A stretch of DNA of 63,187 nucleotides, counting the filler, from Licmophora abbreviata (Eukaryota): assembly GCA_900291995.1 (NCBI GenBank). It is 4 parts of 4 records of this genome, joined end to end, with 100 filler letters (N's around TTAATTAATTAA, not from the genome) between each part and the next. Parts side by side here need not be neighbours in the genome. Positions count along the whole stretch, not along the records: positions 46,890 to 63,187 come from OLMU01000296.1; 3 more parts are not named here. One strand, given 5' to 3'. The stretch's first letter is position 1; the number at the start of each line of letters is the position of its first letter. Positions 57,633 through 63,187 of the stretch are shown one piece after another. The translations under genes were made by a program, and so were the position numbers. Under the pieces are notes generated by a model. It was not told where the DNA came from. It made no database searches and worked only from the letters and a program-made list of their open reading frames with translations.

Positions 57633-60600
57633 CTATCGGATGATTCCATTCCGAGCACCGAACGTGTTTGAGGGGTCGACAGTACGCTTGAAGGCGCTAA
57701 CCATGTTGCGGTAATTTTCCGAGTCCATCTGCTCGGCAAAATCAGCGCGCTTCTTTCCCACGCCGTGATGGTGGCTCAATGAACCACCAAGCGACAAGAT
57801 TTCCTGACGAGCGGCGTTCTCAATATGGGCAAATGATGCGCTCGGGTTCTTGACACCTGCTACATTCATGCAAAAGTAAAAGTACAGGCAAGCACCTTCG
57901 TGGTACAGCTGCGTGACGCGACATCCGATGAACGGCAGACCTGGAAAACAACGTGTTTCATGTTCTTGACGTATACGATCCTTTGTCTTCGTCACGATTT
58001 CAGTCAGCTTGGACCAAGGGGCGAATGTTTCGAAAGACTCGGCCAGGAACGAATACGTCATTGCAAAGTCGCGAAGGTAGGCAATGGCGAATGTCAGCTG
58101 GTAGCCAGAGCGTCCAATTTTAGGACCGGCGAGAGTGCCGCCGTGAGTGGATGATGCCTGTTGCACGAGCCTCCGTTGAAAATTCACTTCTTCTCGACTT
58201 CCTTCAAAGACAATGGTCGCACAGACGACTCTTGTTGAAGAGTAGGATCGGTGAGACGACACCAGCGCCTTCTTCATGAAGTTTACGAGCTGTTCCAGAC
58301 TACTAGTATCACCGCGCAGCGCTTGTCCGAGACGAAACTGCTCATTGTCCAGAAGTCGAACGCTCGCAGGAAGGTTTGGTCCCAGTAGCGCCAGCTCGCG
58401 GGCAAAACGTAAACCATGTTCAAAGTCTGGTAGAATAACACTCTCGTAGTCCTTGCATTCTGGTTGATGCCAGATCCGTATGACAGCGCTCGTGATAATT
58501 CCAAAGCACCCTTCGGATCCTAGCATCAACGAGCAAAGGTCCAAACCGCGGGACTCTCGCCCCACAGAGCCCGAGATGTCCTCATGCGAGCCTCGCCATA
58601 GAGGTCCTTCGGAGCTTGCGACACGAACGGACTGGACAATATCCTCAATGTTGCCATACTTGTTTCGTTTCATCCCGCTTGCTTTCGTAGCGATCCACCC
58701 TCCGAGTGTGCTGAACTCGATACTATCTGGTTCATGGCCGATCGTGTAGCCCCGGTGCTCCATCTCTTCGACGAGCTGCCGACCGGTTATACCAGCTTCG
58801 ACATGGGCAAGCCCATCCTCTTCGTTCACCCACACGATTCCGGTCATCAGTTTCATATCAACTGAGACAATTGGGCGGGGCTCAACTGTCTTCGATGGGC
58901 AACGAGTGGCATTCGATACATTGGTACCTCCCCCATGAGGAATTAGACACCAGCTTCTCGTCTTCGCGAGGGTGACGAGGTGCGTGATCTCGTCCTCTGA
59001 TGAAGGCCAAACGACCGCGTCAGGTAGTCGAATCGAGTCGATTGATCCGCTACGGAGAAGGAAGATGTCTTCCTGTGAATGCCCCGTCCCATGGCGGGCG
59101 CGGTCCGCCGGAGACGTAGAAACTCGTGCAAAATTGTCTTTCAGCTGATCGATATCGTCGCGTGACAACTCACTCATAACTTCCGGGACTTCGATTTCGC
59201 CGCTGAACGCCGCCCGCAGTGGGTCGATTCGAACTTTGGTCTCATTTTCGAAGAAAGGAATCAGCTTGGTTAAGGACTTGCCGCACACGTGCTCATATCT
59301 GGATCCGGTCATGACCACCTCTAGAGACCTGTCCTGTGTTTTGCGTAGGACAAACCCTGAGTCTTTGAACCCCCAGGACCCTAAAGATTCCAGAGACACG
59401 GACAGCTCATCATCATCAGGCATTTCTCGAAGACGACGAATACTGCTTTGGGAAACACCATCTAGATCGTGTTTGGCGCTGTTCGTCACTTGAAATGACA
59501 CCGCAGCGCGAACCACTTGGATTGGTAGAGTGTTGTTACGTCGAGTCGTGATCTGAATGACATGCTCGAGCGACGGACGATCGAATCCATTTCCTCGAAG
59601 ATGGTTCAAAGTAGCAAGAACGGAGGAATCAGCGAGATCAAATACCTCCGACACACGCCTGACAAGTTTCGCTGCTGACGGGTGTTCTTGGCGTGCAATT
59701 GTGGGATAGTCAGAAAGGGGATTCAGCCATGAGCTCCAATTGGGATGGGATACCGCAAAGTAGGGCGCAAGGACGTGGCCGAACTGAAGGAATACTGCCC
59801 ACTGCTGCGAAGAGGAAGAAGGAACATCGAGATCTCGAAGGTCCTTCCGACATGAACACCCGACGAGCGTCGAGGGCCAAGGCTTTCCATCAAATTGTGC
59901 CACGGCTTCAATGGTTTCCGCTTCGTCCATTCGCAGGGCCCTAGCTGCGTGTCGAATATGATGCGTGGATACAAATGTCGACTCTTGGTGTAGCTGTTGA
60001 ATAGTTCTGGTGAGACTGGCGAAATCAACGACGTCATCTGCCCCCATTCGAACGGGAGAGGCGGCTGCGACGTGAATCTTACCGAGCGAAACATTGCCTG
60101 CAACAACATTCTGGAGGAGACGACAACCGTGAGTAAAATGAACAGAAACGCAAACAGATTCGCCGAGCATTCGTAGTCGATACCTGCAACCACCGAACAA
60201 GACCGCGAACGCCAAGAGGTGCACGTGTCCCCGTCTCGGTCTCCTCCAGGAAGGTGGATTCTTCAGCTATGTTCTCGTAGTTTATGCCGATGGGACAAAT
60301 CAGATGGTTCCCTCCCGTTTCAGCAAGACATCTGTCAAAAATAAATACAGACGTGAAAGAAACGTTAGATAATTGGTCTGTCCTAAACAAACATGCAAGA
60401 ACGAATGAACTTTCGCGCCACTTACCGTAAGAGACCGGTCTTAGGCGGAATAGATCGGCGATCCCGGCTCCTGGTGCCTTCCACGAAAATTTCGATGCAT
60501 GCCCCGCTCCGGTGATGATGCTGCTTGATAGCAGAAACAGAGTCTCGGAGTCCTGGTTCAGGACTTCCTCGCCCACGTTGAACAAAGAAAGCGTTACAAG

Positions 60601-63187
60601 TTCGGGCAAGCCAGCCAATGAGTGGAAGACGCGAGAAATCGTCCGCTGCTGCAATGTAGGGCAACTGCAAGCCCATCTCGGGCAGCGAAAAAGCAATGTA
60701 GCTTAGAAGTATGAAGTCAAAAAACGACCGATGCGTCGGAGCGAGAATTATGTGTGGATGAATGCCTTGTTGGGTGCTCGACGCAGCGCGGGCAAGCGCC
60801 GCGAACGATTCGACATCAACCGTCAGGGATTCGCAGCATGCACGAAGGATCTCGCTGAACGCCCATCCCGCCAGTCGAATTACGAAGCCACCACGGGGTT
60901 GGGTCATGGCCCACAGGAAGCCAGCCCCCTTTCCTTCGTACAAGGCACCGCCCACTAGGAGCGGCGATAGTCTGAAGGCAGACTCTCCAGCCTTATTAGC
61001 GTCTTCGGACTTGTCTAAAAACCGCAATGCTGAAGCTGTACACGTAAACAGATATCTCTCTCCGTCAAGACTAGCAGGCGCAACTAGATCGGAGCGAAAG
61101 CGAAAGTCGTTGTTCATAAAAGGGAAGAAAAGTAGAGGGAGATCAAGAAATGAAGTCAATCTTGACAGGTCCTCTAACCACTTGTGGCGCCAGCCAATAC
61201 ACCCGCACGCCCGAAGTGTAGTGTCGACGGGCTTGCGTACCATAAATTCGTGCATGAGAGCGAATGTGTGGACAGTCAGTTTCATTCGGGGGAGCCAACT
61301 AACCGCAAACATCAGTCCAATGTACGCTGTAAGTCGGGAGAAGTAGCCCATGACCGAACCGAGTTGAGTAATTGCAACCGCGTATTCCACCCAGGTGAAA
61401 GCGGTTGAATCCGGAGAAGACACATCCCAAGCGACATTGTAGATACTCTTGTTCGCGCAGGATGCAAAGATGACCCGTTCCCCATTACCCGACCCGCACG
61501 AGGATGAATCTGTAAGCGCAGTTATTCGCTCAAAATCGTCATCCGAGGAGTACGCAGATGATGGTGAGTCAACAAAGTTGGACCTGTCGACCGAAGTGAA
61601 TGCCTTCGCAATGGCAAACCGTGAAACGACATCAACGGGAATGCATGGCACTCGATGAGCGCCAAAGCACCATAGATTCCATTGGTATCGTATATAAAGA
61701 CATGCAGCAGCGACGAGTGTTGATGGGCGTTCGCCAGCCCATCCTTCAATGGGCTTCTGAATAGCAGGACCGACGATGCTCGGACGAAGAATGGTTGTGT
61801 GCACCGGGCTCTCTTGGAGCAGTATATGTTCGCAGACACATTTGCTGAACGTATACGTGTTGGGAAACCCAAGATCATTCATCGCTGATGACGCGTAGAA
61901 CTGGGTGCCAATCATCGACCGGTAGACCTCGACTGCGTCATAAGTGCCCAGCGGATGCAGTCGTTCTGGAAGCGGACTCGATACCGTTCCTGCCAACTCT
62001 CCGTGAACGAAAGCGGTGCTGAAGTGGACGTATCTCGCGCCTGGATTCTTCAATCGGCCAGTCAGCTCCTGCATATTCAACGAAGATGAAATATTTGCCA
62101 CGGCAGACTCATTGAGAGATTGAGTGAAGCTTACTGAAGCGGCACAATGGATGACATGTGAAACAGCTGCCTCGTTGCAGACCCAGGAATAGTCACCCTC
62201 CGACAAGCCAGCTCGCTTTTTCGTCACATCAGAATCAAACACCCTTACAAGCATAGCCTTCTCGGCCTCCAACAAAAAGGAGAACATGGGTTTATTGAGA
62301 AGGACAGATACTCTATCTTTCGCTGAGCAACCACGTCTCGAGCGGCAAAAGAGAATGACCCCCTCCGTTATTCCAAGGGACTGGCGATGTAGAAGCAAAT
62401 CGCGAAGCACGAGTGAACCGATGAATCCCGTTGCTCCAGTGAGTATCACCGCACCGCCAGGATTGTCAGCAGGCGAATTAGGGATGCGAAGAGCCTCCAG
62501 CTTCAGTAGAGGAGTTTCATCGGTATCATTCTCTTTCTCGGCCGTGTTTCTGCCATCTTCGCGAGCACAGGAGCAATACTTTGCAAAGCAGCGTGAACCG
62601 TCAGTGTACAGATCCGACATGCATCGTCTCAAAAGCACGGTGACTGCAACGGCAAGAAAAAGAAAGAAAAGACCGACGCGGACAGCCCTTAACAATATGA
62701 AAGACACTGCACCAAGGCATGGGGACCCCAGAGCCACCAAAGGAAATATCACAGCGCATGATATCAATATCATTAGGCGGAAGGAAGGCTTCGAGTTGGC
62801 ATCATTCCGCCGGCTCTTCAAGACGTCACAGTGTCGAGAGGTCAGAGAAATTGCATCCCTCACGTCTACTGCAAGGCGACGTAGCTCACGAGTACACATG
62901 GGAATACTCGAAACTGGCAGATACACAACCCTGTCCATGAGGTCGTGTGCTCTAGAACACACAGCACCATCTGATGAGTGTTGGCCGATACATTGCAGCT
63001 GTGAAGAGCCACGAGTGATATCCCAGCCTTTGAGACGAAGGGCTCGACAGAAGGGGTATGAATCATTGGCAAGAAGAGGAAAAAGCCAGTAAGTAGAACC
63101 AAAGCTCACAGAGATGGGGGTCATGCTCGGAGCTACATTGGCAAGAAGTTCGGACATAACTTTGCACCGCGCCGACCTCGCCAAGAC
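57633..63187 (-). CDS. Multifunctional ether-lipid synthase, 5'-partial: DegT-like PLP domain, TM, fatty acyl-CoA reductase, DHAP/G3P acyltransferase, alkyl-DHAP synthase. Exons >63187-60426, 60331-60184, 60110-57633
   Basis: FAR: ILTGATGFIG, VIHCAASVSF, NTYTFSK, RPSIV. Acyltransferase: PTHRSFFD, FVEGTRSRD, PKTGLL, PIGINYE. AGPS: PDAVVWP, IPHGGGTNVS, GHEPDSIEFSTLGGW, GMKRNKYGNIED, GSEGCFGII, RLLDNEQF, ESFET, SHHHGVGK. Introns 60425-60332 (GTAAGT...GACAG) and 60183-60111 (GTATCG...CTCCAG) keep the frame. Confidence 0.85.

Noticed and set aside
60111..60224. Independent AGPS start with a hydrophobic leader (MHLLAFAVLF...)
   Set aside because: The first codon is GTG, and the segment is an out-of-frame exon plus an intron with a clear donor and acceptor
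1..63187. CRISPR arrays, transposons, rRNA or prokaryotic operons
   Set aside because: No repeat-spacer arrays, transposase or RT motifs, or rRNA-like sequence seen; the genes are intron-containing eukaryotic ones

Overview
Eukaryotic nuclear DNA, very probably from a diatom: gene-dense, with short GT-AG introns, ASAFAP-type plastid-targeting presequences and diatom-style low-complexity proteins. The window holds about 30 protein-coding genes. Three artificial 100-bp spacers (N44-TTAATTAATTAA-N44) mark contig joins, and five genes have single-base homopolymer frameshifts that look like sequencing errors. Housekeeping genes include GPN3, HIRA, TFIIH p62, SmD2, RPS6, RPN10, ETHE1, uridine kinase, glutaredoxin and a plastid APS reductase. 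The most striking feature is at the right end on the minus strand. Two canonical introns join what the ORF track shows as separate ORFs into one polypeptide of more than 1790 aa: DegT-like PLP domain (partial), transmembrane segments, fatty acyl-CoA reductase, DHAP/G3P acyltransferase and alkyl-DHAP synthase. This would put the committed steps of ether-lipid synthesis on a single chain. Other notable items are an NLR-like CHAT protease-STAND-UVR-repeat gene flanked by two paralogous ankyrin genes, a single-chain Translin-TRAX fusion, an LCMT-GNAT fusion, an HCAR/F-DVR homologue and a possible SHOC1/Zip2-like meiotic gene. All calls come from motif recognition by eye; no database searches were run.
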